64,000 nt of DNA from an uncultured Faecalibacterium sp. (GCA_904394215.1 CAJFNF010000006.1:289-64288); one strand, 5' to 3'. Positions 28,070 through 38,381 are shown, counted from the first letter of the stretch. Notes: generated by a model not told the origin, from the sequence alone. Program-made: numbers and translations.

Positions 28070-29197
28070 TCAGAGGATCCGCACGCCCTTCTGGATGATG
28101 GACTGAATGTGGAGGGCCTTGTCGGCCAGGATGACGTTGCCGTAACGGCCAACGGCCAGGGAACCGTAGTCGGCGTCAATGCCGATGCTCCTGGCGGGGT
28201 TCTCGGCAGCGGCGCGGACGGCGCTCTCCAGCGGCACGCCCATGTCCAGCACCGCCCGCTTCATGCAGTCGTACAGGCAGGTGGCGCTGCCGGCGATGAC
28301 GCCGGGGTGCTCGGTGAGGGTAGCCCGGGGGCCGGTGACGGTGACCGCCTGGCCGCCCAGACTGTACTGGCCGTCGGGCAGGCCGCAGGCCATCATGCTG
28401 TCGGCCACCAGGATCACATGGTCATCTCCAAAGGTGTTGAAGGTGAACCGGACCATGGCGGGATGGATGTGGACGCCGTCGGTGATCAGCTCCACCTCGG
28501 CCTTCTTCTCCAGGGCTGCAATGATGGGGCCCGGCTCCCGGTGGGTGATGCCGGGCATGGCGTTGTACAGGTGGGTCATGTGGGTGACGCCGGCGTCAAA
28601 GGCCTGGATGGCGGTGTCGTAGTCGGTGCAGGTGTGGGCGATGGACAGCCGGACCTCGCCCTTGCACTGGGCGATGAAGTCCAGGGCGCCCTCCACTTCG
28701 GGGGCGATGTCCACCAGCTTGATCAGGCCGCCCGACCGCTTCTGCAGCCGGCGGAACATCCCCACATCGGGGCCGTGGAGATACAGGGGGTTCTGGGCGC
28801 CCACCTTGTTGGGGCTGATGAATGGGCCTTCCATATTGATGCCCACCAGATCCGCGCCCCGGACATTTTTGTGGGCGGCGGCTGCGTCCATGATGCCGTT
28901 GAGGATTTCCTCCGAGAAGGTCATGGTGGCGGGGCAGATGGCCAGGATGCCCTTGCTGGCCTCAAAGTCGGCCAGGGCCTGGATGGCTTCCTCGGAAGCG
29001 TCGCAGAAATCGTGGCCCATGGCGCCGTGGAAGTGGATGTCGGTGAGGCCGGGCAGGGCGTACAGCCCGCCGGCGTCGATGACTTCCTCCCCGGGCTGGG
29101 GGGTCAGGTCAGCGGTGATCCGGCCGTCCCGAATGGCCAGGTCGCCGGGGACAAAGGTGTGCTCCGGGGTATAGAGCAGTGCGTTTTTCAGAATCAT
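28070..29197 (-). CDS. nagA: N-acetylglucosamine-6-phosphate deacetylase
   Basis: Amidohydrolase motifs GLTDIHFHGAMGHDF, NMEGPFISP and ITHLYNAM-like (MTHLYNAM). Confidence 0.92.
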   Translation of the reverse strand: MILKNALLYTPEHTFVPGDLAIRDGRITADLTPQPGEEVIDAGGLYALPGLTDIHFHGAMGHDFCDASEEAIQALADFEASKGILAICPATMTFSEEILNGIMDAAAAHKNVRGADLVGINMEGPFISPNKVGAQNPLYLHGPDVGMFRRLQKRSGGLIKLVDIAPEVEGALDFIAQCKGEVRLSIAHTCTDYDTAIQAFDAGVTHMTHLYNAMPGITHREPGPIIAALEKKAEVELITDGVHIHPAMVRFTFNTFGDDHVILVADSMMACGLPDGQYSLGGQAVTVTGPRATLTEHPGVIAGSATCLYDCMKRAVLDMGVPLESAVRAAAENPARSIGIDADYGSLAVGRYGNVILADKALHIQSIIQKGVRIL

Positions 29198-29258
29198 GGG
29201 GTGATACCTCCTGCCGCCCCCGGCTTGTCCGGCGGGAGCGGCTCAGTCAGGGGACGGC

Positions 29259-29987
29259 TCAGACCAGGCTCAGGGCCTCTTCGTCGCCCACCAGGATAAA
29301 GTCGGGGTGCATCTGCAGGATGGAGGCGGGAACTTCGGGGGTCACGGGGCCGAAGAAGGCCTTCTTGATGATCTCGGCCTTGTTGGCGCCGTTGGCCACC
29401 ATCAGCACCTTCCGGGCCTGCATGATGGTCTTGATGCCCATGGTGTAGGCCTGGCGGGGCACCAGGGCCTCGTTGCCGTCAAAGAAGCGCTTGTTGGCCT
29501 CGATGGTGCTCTCGGTCAGGTCCACGCAGTGGGTGCCCAGCTCGAAGGCCTCGCCCGGCTCGTTGAAGCCGATGTGGCCGTCGATGCCAATGCCCAGCAG
29601 CTGCAGGTCAATACCGCCCACATCGTGGATGATCTGGTCGTACTCCTTGCAGGCAGCCTCGGCGTCGGGGTTGGAGCCGTCCGGCACATGGATGTGGTCG
29701 GGGCGGACGTTGACGTGCTCGAACAGGTTCTTCTGCATGAAGTACCAGTAGCTCTGCTCGTGGGTGCGGGGCAGGCCGCGGTACTCGTCCAGGTTGACGG
29801 TGGTGACTTCCGAGAAGTCCAGGTCGCCCTTGTTGTACCAGTCGATCAGCTGGGCATAGGTGCCCACGGGGGTGCCGCCGGTGGCCAGGCCCAGCACGCA
29901 GTTGGGCTTCATGATGACCTGGGCCGAAATGATGTTGGCGGCCTTGCGGGACATATCCTTGTAATCCTTGGCGCGAATGATTTTCAT
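29259..29987 (-). CDS. nagB: glucosamine-6-phosphate deaminase
   Basis: MKIIRAKDYKDMSRKAAN...LGLATGGTP...GIGIDGHIGFNEPG. RBS GGAGG lies 8 nt upstream of the ATG at 29987. Confidence 0.93.
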   Translation of the reverse strand: MKIIRAKDYKDMSRKAANIISAQVIMKPNCVLGLATGGTPVGTYAQLIDWYNKGDLDFSEVTTVNLDEYRGLPRTHEQSYWYFMQKNLFEHVNVRPDHIHVPDGSNPDAEAACKEYDQIIHDVGGIDLQLLGIGIDGHIGFNEPGEAFELGTHCVDLTESTIEANKRFFDGNEALVPRQAYTMGIKTIMQARKVLMVANGANKAEIIKKAFFGPVTPEVPASILQMHPDFILVGDEEALSLV

Positions 29988-30213
29988 GGCAATCAACCTC
30001 CATTAAGGTTTTGTGTTCCGGGTGGCGTTGCGGTTCTGGATAATTTTAGTATAGCACATCTGTATGGACAGACTGTGAAAAAGGAAGCCGCCGAAAGCGG
30101 GGCTGATAGGGCCCGCCCTCGGCGGCTGCGAAAGGGGACGGGGCAACCAGCCCCCGTCGGATTCAATTTTGAGAGAAGCGATCAGCTTTGCCGAAGCAGC
30201 ATCCCGGAGGGGA

Positions 30214-31683
30214 TTACAGCATCTTCTTCAGCTCATCGTAAACGAACTGCACCTTGGGTCCGATGATGACCTGGCAGGCGTTCTTGCTGGGGCGGACCAC
30301 GCCGGCGGCGCCAGCGTTCTTGACAGCCTTCTCGTCAACAGCGGTGTAGTCGTTGATCTCGAAGCGCAGACGGGTTGCGCAGTACTCAACGTTCTTGACG
30401 TTGCCCTTGCCGCCGATGGCAGCCAGGACGCCGGCAGCAACCTGGGTGTAGTTGTTGTTGGCCAGGACGACCTTCTTCTCTGCGTCGGTGTTCTCGTCCT
30501 CATCCTCACGGCCGGGGGTCTTGAAGTTGAAGGTCTTGATCAGAACATAGAAGACGGCGAAGAAGACGACAGCGGCCAGGATGCCCAGAGGCAGGATCAT
30601 CCAGGTCTTTTCAGCAGCGGGCAGGGAAGCCGAGAACACCAGGTCGGTGGCGCCGGCGGAGAAGGAGAAGCCTGCGCGGAAGCCGCTGAAGTAGGTGATG
30701 ACGGTCATGATGCCGTACAGCAGAGCGTAGACAACGTACAGGGGGAATGCCACGAACATAAAGGAGAACTCGAAGGGCTCGGTAACGCCGCAGACAAAGG
30801 CGCAGACGGCGGTGGAGATCAGCAGGCCGGCAGCAGCCTTCTTGTTCTTGGCGGTGGCGATCATGGCGGCAGCAGCAGCCGGCACGCCGAACATCATGCA
30901 GGGGAAGAAACCGGACATGTACATGCCCAGGCTCCAGCCCACGTCAGCGCTGGTCTTGCCTGCCCAGAAGTTGGTCAGGTCGCCCAGGCCGATGGTCTCA
31001 AACCAGAACACGTTGTTCAGAGCGTGGTGCATGCCGATGGGGATCAGCAGACGGTTCAGGAAGGCGTAGATGCCGGCGCCCCAGGGGCCCAGACCCACGA
31101 TGGCCTTGCCGATGCCGACCAGGGCACCAAAGACCAGGGGCCAGATGAACAGCAGGATGACGGAAGCGATGATGGAGACCACCGCAGCAGCCATGGCGAC
31201 AAAGCGCTTGCCGCTGAAGAAGGCCAGGAAGTCAGGCAGCTGGACGCCCTTGAAGTGGTTGTAGGACCAGGCGCCGATCAGGCCGCAGAGGATGCCGATG
31301 AAGGGGTTGGAGATCTTGCTGAAAGCGATGTACTGGGTGGATTCCTCGGTGAGGCCGGGCATGATGGTGGTGACCACGCCGACGCTCAGCAGCTGCTGGA
31401 CCATCAGCCAGGAAGCCAGGCCGGCCAGAGCGGGGGTTCCGTCGGGTTCGTCGGCCATGCCGATGGCAACGCCGATAACGAACAGGATTTGCATATTGTC
31501 GATCAGGGCGCCGCCGGCCTTAACCAGCAGGAAACCGATGATCTGTGCCAGGCCGACAACGTCGCCGCCTTGCATGGTGGACGGACACAGCGCATAGCCA
31601 ATACCCATCAGCAAGCCGCAGATGGGCAGCACTGCGACGGGCAACATCAGGGATTTGCCCAGTTTTTGCAGGTACTTCATCAT
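30214..31683 (-). CDS. PTS transporter subunit EIICB (glucose/N-acetylglucosamine family)
   Basis: MMKYLQKLGKSLMLPVAVLP..., an EIIC core, and a C-terminal EIIB domain with phospho-Cys motif YCATRLRFE. Co-directional with nagB-nagA. Confidence 0.9.
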   Translation of the reverse strand: MMKYLQKLGKSLMLPVAVLPICGLLMGIGYALCPSTMQGGDVVGLAQIIGFLLVKAGGALIDNMQILFVIGVAIGMADEPDGTPALAGLASWLMVQQLLSVGVVTTIMPGLTEESTQYIAFSKISNPFIGILCGLIGAWSYNHFKGVQLPDFLAFFSGKRFVAMAAAVVSIIASVILLFIWPLVFGALVGIGKAIVGLGPWGAGIYAFLNRLLIPIGMHHALNNVFWFETIGLGDLTNFWAGKTSADVGWSLGMYMSGFFPCMMFGVPAAAAAMIATAKNKKAAAGLLISTAVCAFVCGVTEPFEFSFMFVAFPLYVVYALLYGIMTVITYFSGFRAGFSFSAGATDLVFSASLPAAEKTWMILPLGILAAVVFFAVFYVLIKTFNFKTPGREDEDENTDAEKKVVLANNNYTQVAAGVLAAIGGKGNVKNVEYCATRLRFEINDYTAVDEKAVKNAGAAGVVRPSKNACQVIIGPKVQFVYDELKKML

Positions 31684-32087
31684 AAGTGTTATCCTCCCTT
31701 ATGCGTGGGGCAGTACAGCCACCCCTTAATAGAAAAAGGGCGTGCAGACAGGCTGCTGGTTGTCAGCGTGTTCACACTTGTGTAACAATATTGTAGCACA
31801 AAATTGAAATAAAAGCTATACATTTTCTGGAATTTGAAAAAAATTTGTTCGTTTTACATAAATATCACAAAAAATGCAGTCTGGTTAATATTTATTGATG
31901 GATAAGCGCGAAGGTGTGACTTTTCCATGGGAAAAGACGCATAAAAATACGGACGGATGTATAAAGCTTTTGGGGCTGCCGCAGAAAGCCGGTTTGTGGT
32001 ATAATAACGGGGTACACAGGACAGCACAGACAGCTGCTTTATGATATGAACAGGAAGATCCCGAATATGTAACAGGAGGACAGATTT

Positions 32088-33002
32088 ATGGAATGGACGG
32101 ACATCCGCCTGACGGTGGCCCAGAAAGACGCCGAGCAGGCCGAAGCTGCTGCAACCATGATTGCCGAGGGCGGCATCTACATCGAGGACTACAGCGACCT
32201 GGAAGAGCAGGTGGAGCAGATCGCCCATGTGGACCTGATCGAGCCCGAGCTGCTGGACAAGCCCCGGGACGTGGTGATCATCCATATTTATCTGGAGCCG
32301 GGCTCCCAGCCCGCCGAGACCCTGGCGGCCATTGACGCCCGGATGGAAGCGGCGGGGATCCCCTACACGGTGGAGACCGCTGGCGTGGAGCAGGAGGACT
32401 GGCAGAACGGCTGGCGGAAATACTACCATCCCCTGGAGATCGGCCGCCGTCTGGCGGTGGTGCCCTCCTGGCAGGAGTACGACACCGACCGGGTCAAGCT
32501 GATGCTGGACCCCGGCCTGGCTTTCGGCACCGGCGGCCACGAGACCACCAGCCTCTGCCTGGAAGCCCTGGACAGCCTGGTGCAGGGGGGCGAGCGGGTG
32601 CTGGACATCGGCACCGGCAGCGGCATCCTGGCCATCGCCGCCCTCAAGCTGGGGGCCGCCTCGGCAGAGGGTGTGGACATTGACCCGGTGGCAGTCCGCA
32701 CCGCCGTGGAGAATGCCGCCCTGAACGGGGTGGATGGCAAATTCAGCGGCCTGGTAGGGGATCTGTCCGACCAGGCCAGCGGGGTGTACAACATCATCAC
32801 CGCCAACATTGTGGCCAATGCCATCATCTCCCTGTCCACCGCGGTGCCGGGGCTGCTGGCCGCCGGCGGCCATTTCATCGCCAGCGGCATCATCGACACC
32901 CGGGCCGACGAGGTGGAGGCTGCCCTCAAAGCGGCCGGCCTGGCCGTGGCGGAGCGGAAGGAAAAACGGGGCTGGGTCTGCTTTGTCTGCACCGCCGCCT
33001 GA
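32088..33002 (+). CDS. prmA: ribosomal protein L11 methyltransferase
   Basis: ...PSWQEYD...DPGLAFGTGGHETT...VLDIGTGSGILAIAA. RBS AGGAGG is present. Confidence 0.93.
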   Translation: MEWTDIRLTVAQKDAEQAEAAATMIAEGGIYIEDYSDLEEQVEQIAHVDLIEPELLDKPRDVVIIHIYLEPGSQPAETLAAIDARMEAAGIPYTVETAGVEQEDWQNGWRKYYHPLEIGRRLAVVPSWQEYDTDRVKLMLDPGLAFGTGGHETTSLCLEALDSLVQGGERVLDIGTGSGILAIAALKLGAASAEGVDIDPVAVRTAVENAALNGVDGKFSGLVGDLSDQASGVYNIITANIVANAIISLSTAVPGLLAAGGHFIASGIIDTRADEVEAALKAAGLAVAERKEKRGWVCFVCTAA

Positions 33003-33029
33003 ACACATCCAGAGACAGGAGAAACCGAG

Positions 33030-33779
33030 ATGCCGCACCGTTATTTTACCACCGACGTCTGGCCCGCTGAGGGCCGCGCCCTGCTGCGGGGCGCCGACGC
33101 CCACCATCTGGCCCGGGTGATGCGGGCCAAAACAGGGGATCAGGTGATCCTCTGCGACGGCAACGCCGTCGAATATACCGCCACCGTCACCGGCTTTGGG
33201 GAGGACGAGGTGGAATTTTCCATCCAGGAAGGGTATCCCTCGGCGGCAGAGCCCTCGGTGGAGGTAACCCTGCTGGCGGGCTACCCCAAGCAGGACAAGC
33301 TGGAACAGATCATCCGCCACGGGGTGGAGCTGGGCTGCAGCCATTTCGTCCCCTTTTTCAGCCGGTACTGCGTGGCGGCCCCCAAAAAAGAGGAGCAGAA
33401 GAACGTCCGCTACAACCGGATTGCCTACGAGGCCGCCAAACAGTGTGGCCGGGGGATCCTGCCGGATGTGGCCCTGCCCCTGCCCAACTTCGGGGCGGTG
33501 TGCCGGAGCCTGGACCAGTACGACCTGGTACTGTTCTGTTATGAGTGCGGCGGGGCGCCCCTGCGCCGGCTGCTGAAGGAAGCCCCGGCCCCCGAAGGCC
33601 GGCCCCTGCGTCTGGCCATCATCACCGGCGCCGAGGGCGGCTTTGCAGCCGAAGAGGCCGCCGCAGCCGCCGCAGCCGGGGCCAAAACCGTGGGCCTGGG
33701 GCCCCGGATTCTCCGGTGCGAGACCGCGCCGCTGGCGGTGCTGGCCGCCGTCATGACCCTCACCGGCAACCTGGAATAA
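33030..33779 (+). CDS. rsmE: 16S rRNA (uracil1498-N3)-methyltransferase
   Basis: MPHRYF..., a PUA-like N-terminus, and a SPOUT C-terminus (AIITGAEGGFAAEE...LGPRILRCETAPL). Conserved prmA-rsmE order. Confidence 0.9.
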   Translation: MPHRYFTTDVWPAEGRALLRGADAHHLARVMRAKTGDQVILCDGNAVEYTATVTGFGEDEVEFSIQEGYPSAAEPSVEVTLLAGYPKQDKLEQIIRHGVELGCSHFVPFFSRYCVAAPKKEEQKNVRYNRIAYEAAKQCGRGILPDVALPLPNFGAVCRSLDQYDLVLFCYECGGAPLRRLLKEAPAPEGRPLRLAIITGAEGGFAAEEAAAAAAAGAKTVGLGPRILRCETAPLAVLAAVMTLTGNLE

Positions 33780-33975
33780 CCCGCAAAACGAGCCTGCATC
33801 CCTGCCTTTCCGGAGGCGGGGATGTTGACATTTCAGGAGACTGAAATGTCACTGAAACAAAAACCTCAAAACTTTGTATAATCTGTCCCCTGGAACCTGT
33901 TGCAAAAGGTACAGAAAGAAGAGCGTATTTATGTTATACTAACACCATATACCATCAGCCGGGGAGGGATTGCAG

Positions 33976-35145
33976 ATGGCAGCAGCACAGAAAAACCGCC
34001 GGGGCCTGGTATTGGCCGGCGGCGGCGCCCGGGGCAGCTACCAGATTGGTGTCTGGCGGGCCCTGGAAGAGCTGGGCTGGCGGGCCGGGATCGTCACCGG
34101 CACCAGCGTGGGCTGCCTCAACGGCGCCCTCTATGTGCTGGGTCAGTATGAGATGGCCCGGGATATGTGGCTGTCCATCCGCAGCGGCGATGTGATGACC
34201 CTGCCGGCCCCGGGCTCGGGGCTGGGGGGACTGGGAGAGGCCGTGCGGCAGTTTGTGGCCGAGGGCGGCCTGGATGTCTCCCCCCTGGAACAGATTGTCA
34301 GCCTGGTGCTGGACGAAAAGGAGCTGCGGGCTTCCCCCATCCGGTTCGGGCTGGTGACGGTGGAGAAAAAGGGCCTCAAGCCCCGGGAGCTGAGCCTGGA
34401 AGAGATTCCCCAGGGAAAGCTTCGGGATTACCTGCTGGCCTCCTCGGCCTGTTTCCCGGCCCTGCGGGCCCGGACCATCGACGGGGTGGAGTATCTGGAC
34501 GGCGGCTACGCCGACAATATGCCCGCCGGCCTGGCGGCCCGGCTGGGGGCTGAGGAACTGGTCTGCGTGGACCTGGAAGGGGTGGGCATCACCAAGCCCA
34601 ACCGCACCGGGCTGCCCACCACCCTGATCCGCAGCCACTGGGAGCTGGGGGACATCCTGCGGTTTGATCCCGCCGTGGCCCGGCGGAATATGGCCATCGG
34701 TTATTTTGATACCATGCGGGCTTTTGGCCGGCTGCGGGGGGACGCCTATGCCATTGCCCTGGAGGGCAGCGCCCAGGCAGCAGCCGAGTTCCGGGGACGC
34801 CTGGACCCCCTGCAGGAGTGGATCAGGGAGCGGTGGCCCGCCGCCCATGTTCCCACCACCCTGGCGCTGGCCCTGGAGCATCTGCAGGACCAGCCCCTGG
34901 CCCCCCTGGAAGCGGCGGCCGAGGATGCCGGTGTGGAGCCCACCCGGATGTACACCGTTCAGCAGCTGGAACAGGCCTTTCTGGAGGCCTGCGACGGGGA
35001 ACGGCTGGCTTCCTTTGATCCCTTGTTTGATGGTACAGGAAATGGCGCAATGGCTGCCCGGGCCGCGCTGCTTCCCCATTTATTTTTGCAGGCCCTTGTC
35101 CGCCGGGCGCTGACGGGGCCGCTCGTACCGGAGGTGATCGCATGA
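33976..35145 (+). CDS. patatin-like phospholipase
   Basis: Oxyanion motif GGGARGSYQIG and nucleophile elbow GTSVG. RBS GGGGAGGG is present. The ATG at 33976 is preferred over the TTG at 33970. Confidence 0.85.
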   Translation: MAAAQKNRRGLVLAGGGARGSYQIGVWRALEELGWRAGIVTGTSVGCLNGALYVLGQYEMARDMWLSIRSGDVMTLPAPGSGLGGLGEAVRQFVAEGGLDVSPLEQIVSLVLDEKELRASPIRFGLVTVEKKGLKPRELSLEEIPQGKLRDYLLASSACFPALRARTIDGVEYLDGGYADNMPAGLAARLGAEELVCVDLEGVGITKPNRTGLPTTLIRSHWELGDILRFDPAVARRNMAIGYFDTMRAFGRLRGDAYAIALEGSAQAAAEFRGRLDPLQEWIRERWPAAHVPTTLALALEHLQDQPLAPLEAAAEDAGVEPTRMYTVQQLEQAFLEACDGERLASFDPLFDGTGNGAMAARAALLPHLFLQALVRRALTGPLVPEVIA

Positions 35146-36797
35146 AAACATATCAGGGTGTCCCTGTTTCGGCTGGCTTGGTTGTGGGTCAGGTGAGCTT
35201 GATCAGCAAGAGCAACCGTGACCGTTCTTCCATCAACCGCAACCCCCAGAACCCGGAAAAGGAGATGCAGCTGCTGGAAGATGCGATCCGCACCGCCCAA
35301 AACGAGCTGGAATCCATGGCCAACCGGGCTGATGTCAGCGAGCAGGCCATCTTTTTGTTCCAGAGCATGCTGCTGGAGGACGAGAGCTTCCTAAATGAAG
35401 TTCACTCCTACATACAGACCGGCACCGGCGCCGCCGAGGCCATCAACCGGGTGGGCCAGCGCTACGCCGACAAACTGCTGGCCATGACCGACAACAGCTA
35501 TCTGCAGCTGCGGAACGTGGATATTCTGGACGCCACCCAGCGGGTCATCAACATCCTCTGTGACCGGCCCCGGATGCGGCTGACCCTGGATCACCCGGTG
35601 ATCCTGGCCGCCGACCAGCTGATGCCCAGCGACCTGTTCAGCATCCCGGCGGGGATGATTCTGGGCATCATCACCTCCGAGGGCAGCTCCCTGAGCCATG
35701 CGGCCATCATTGCCCGGGCCCGCAAGATCCCCAGCCTGGTACAGGTGGGCCGTGACTTCCTGGACGACTGCGACGGCCGGATTGTGGTGCTGGACGCCGA
35801 CGAGGGCGTCTGCATCCTGGACCCCGACGCCGATACCCGCCAGCAGATGGTGTCCAAAATCTGCGCCGGCCAGCGGGAGGAAGAAGGGGACATGGAGACC
35901 CCGGTCCAGGACATGCCCTGCTGCACCCGGGACGGCACCCCCTTCGAGCTGCTGGCCAACTGCTTTGGCCCCGAGGACATCGACAGCGCCATCCAGTCGG
36001 GGGCTGCCGGGGTGGGCCTGCTGCGCAGCGACTACCAGATTCTGGCGGGGGATACCTTCGACGAACAGGAGCAGTACTTCTATTATACAGCCTGTATTGC
36101 CGCTGCCGGCGGCAAGCCCATCACCGTCCGCACCTTTGACTTCGGTTCCGACCGCACCCTTTCCAACGTCTACCGGGGAGACCAGTCGGCCCACCTGGGC
36201 ATGCGGGGCATCCGCAGCAGCCTGCGGAGCCCCCGCAGCTTTGAAAACCAGATCCGGGCCCTGCTCCGGGCGGGCGCCCGGGGCCCGCTGCGGATTGTGT
36301 TCCCCATGGTCACCAACGTGGAGGACTGGGACGAGGCCATGAAGCTGGTGGCCCACTGCCGCCAGAACCTGGAGGAGCGGGGGGTGCCCTACAAGACCGA
36401 CGTCCCATTCGGGATCATGCTCAGCATCCCGGCGGCCTGCCTGACGGCGGACGACTTCATCCGCCACGGGTGCGAGTTCTTCGTCATCGGCACCAATGAC
36501 CTGACCCAGTACACCCACGCCGCCGGCCGTGAGGTCACCAGCGCCGAGCGGTATTTCCAGCCCACCAGCAAGGCCATGTACCGGCTGATCCGGATGACGG
36601 TGGACGCCGCCCGGAACGGACACATCCCGGTGACCATCTGCGGCCTGGCGGTGGGGGACCCCTCCAACGCCGTCCAGTACCTCCACATGGGCCTGCGGAG
36701 CTTTTCCATGGGCCCCCAGAACCTGCTGAGTGTCAAGAAGGCCCTGATGGAGTCGGAGGCCGTCCCCAACCGGGAGGGCCCGCCGGATCAATACTGA
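35142..36797 (+). CDS. ptsI: phosphoenolpyruvate-protein phosphotransferase (PTS enzyme I-like, divergent)
   Basis: ATGA overlap with the patatin gene. Phospho-His region GSSLSHAAIIARA, PEP-utilizer barrel FFVIGTNDLTQY, and ICGLAVGDP near the C-terminus. Confidence 0.85.
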   Translation: MKTYQGVPVSAGLVVGQVSLISKSNRDRSSINRNPQNPEKEMQLLEDAIRTAQNELESMANRADVSEQAIFLFQSMLLEDESFLNEVHSYIQTGTGAAEAINRVGQRYADKLLAMTDNSYLQLRNVDILDATQRVINILCDRPRMRLTLDHPVILAADQLMPSDLFSIPAGMILGIITSEGSSLSHAAIIARARKIPSLVQVGRDFLDDCDGRIVVLDADEGVCILDPDADTRQQMVSKICAGQREEEGDMETPVQDMPCCTRDGTPFELLANCFGPEDIDSAIQSGAAGVGLLRSDYQILAGDTFDEQEQYFYYTACIAAAGGKPITVRTFDFGSDRTLSNVYRGDQSAHLGMRGIRSSLRSPRSFENQIRALLRAGARGPLRIVFPMVTNVEDWDEAMKLVAHCRQNLEERGVPYKTDVPFGIMLSIPAACLTADDFIRHGCEFFVIGTNDLTQYTHAAGREVTSAERYFQPTSKAMYRLIRMTVDAARNGHIPVTICGLAVGDPSNAVQYLHMGLRSFSMGPQNLLSVKKALMESEAVPNREGPPDQY

Positions 36798-36926
36798 GCC
36801 AACACGCAAAAAAGCGCCTGCGAAAGCAGGCGCTTTTTCCTTGGCTTTTTCCCGGCGGCGGGGCTGTACAAACCCGGGCCCAATCGTGTATAATCGGGGA
36901 AAACAGCAACATTGCGGAGGGAAAGT

Positions 36927-37574
36927 ATGAGATATCCGTACTGGATTCTTGATATGGACGGCACGTTGACCGACAGTATGCCCATCTGGTCTGAGGTGCC
37001 CTATGAGCTGGTGCGGGGCTTCGGCAAGACCCCGGCCCCCGACCTGAGCCGGGTGCTGATCCCCATGAGCGCCTTCGAGACCGCCCAGTACCTGATTGCC
37101 ACCTATGACCTGCCCCTGACCATCGACAGCTATACCCAGGCGGCCATGGACGCAGTGGACCGGCTGTACAGGACGGTGAGCCTCAAGCCGGGGGTGGAGC
37201 AGATGCTGGCCCGGCTGGATGAAATGGGCGCCAGGATGTGCGTCTGTTCCGCCACCTGGCAGTTTATGGTGGAGCGGGTGCTCAGGCGGCTGGGCATCCT
37301 GGACCGGTTCCGGTTTGTGGTGTCGGCCCAGGAGGGCCACACCAAGCACGAGCCGGCGGTGTTCTATGAGACCCTCCACCGGCTGGGAGGCCAGGATCCC
37401 GCCCAGTGCGTGGTGTGCGAGGATGCCCTCTATGCCGCCCGCACCGCCCACGATGCGGGGTTCCGGGTGATCGGGGTGGCGGACGCCGCCAGCAAGCCCG
37501 ACGAGCCCGCCATCCGGGCGGTGAGCAACCAGTTTTTGACCGGCTGGGACCAGCTGGACTGGAGCCGGCTGTAA
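36927..37574 (+). CDS. HAD-superfamily hydrolase
   Basis: Motif I ILDMDGTLTDS and a later CEDALYAARTAHDAGF (motif IV-like). RBS GGAGGG is present. Confidence 0.8.
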   Translation: MRYPYWILDMDGTLTDSMPIWSEVPYELVRGFGKTPAPDLSRVLIPMSAFETAQYLIATYDLPLTIDSYTQAAMDAVDRLYRTVSLKPGVEQMLARLDEMGARMCVCSATWQFMVERVLRRLGILDRFRFVVSAQEGHTKHEPAVFYETLHRLGGQDPAQCVVCEDALYAARTAHDAGFRVIGVADAASKPDEPAIRAVSNQFLTGWDQLDWSRL

Positions 37575-37578
37575 GGGC

Positions 37579-38319
37579 TCAGCGGGCCCGGCTCTGCCAG
37601 GCCAGCAGGGCCTGGCGTACCTGCTCGGCCCGGCCCTGGGGCATGGGCAGCCGGGCGCCGGAGCGCATCTGAACCTCCCCGGCGGTCAGAAGCCGGACCT
37701 CTGCCAGGTTCACCAGGTAGGAACGGTGGGTCTGGATGAACCGGCCGTCGGCCAGCAGGGGGGTGGCCAGCCGCAGGAAGGGCACCCGCTGGGACAGGGA
37801 GGCCACCGCCTCCCCGCTGGTGAGGTGGAAGTGGACGATGTGCTGGGTGCACTCGATGTACTCGATCTGGGCGAAGGGCAGCACCCGCAGCCCGGCCGCT
37901 GTGGGCAGGGTCAGGGCGGGGCCGTATTCCGGCTCCACCGTCCGGTCCAGCAGGGCGGCGATGGATTCATACTTGGGCGGGCAGAGGAGATACTGAATGG
38001 CGTCGGCCCGGTAGGCGTAATAGGCCCAGGCCGGGGTCCGGGCCAGAAAGGCCAGGGGCGTCCGGCGGCCCCGGCGCCGCAGCTCCATGGCCGCCTCCAG
38101 CCCCGCCGGCAGGGCTGTCCCGCAGGGCTGGCCCGCCAGTTCGATCAGATACAGCTGGTACCGGGCGTTTTGGGCGTCCCGGTCCAGCAGGGCCTGGGAG
38201 TCCTCCAGGGGCTCCACCAGGCAGCTGTCAGCCCGCCGGGCAAAATAATCCTGACAGTGCCGCTGGAGCCCCGCCCGCAGGCCGGGGTCCTGTGCACAGA
38301 CCGCAATCGAAAAAAGCAT
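37579..38319 (-). CDS. LytTR-family DNA-binding regulator with degenerate receiver-like N-domain
   Basis: The C-terminal LytTR domain reads ...IEYIECTQHIVHFHLTSGE...FIQTHRSYLVNL. RBS GGAGG lies before the ATG at 38319. Confidence 0.75.
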   Translation of the reverse strand: MLFSIAVCAQDPGLRAGLQRHCQDYFARRADSCLVEPLEDSQALLDRDAQNARYQLYLIELAGQPCGTALPAGLEAAMELRRRGRRTPLAFLARTPAWAYYAYRADAIQYLLCPPKYESIAALLDRTVEPEYGPALTLPTAAGLRVLPFAQIEYIECTQHIVHFHLTSGEAVASLSQRVPFLRLATPLLADGRFIQTHRSYLVNLAEVRLLTAGEVQMRSGARLPMPQGRAEQVRQALLAWQSRAR

Positions 38320-38381
38320 GAGACAACCTCCTGACACCCCGAGGGTGCAGATCCAACAACAAGAAGGGAAGGTGCGCGCTG

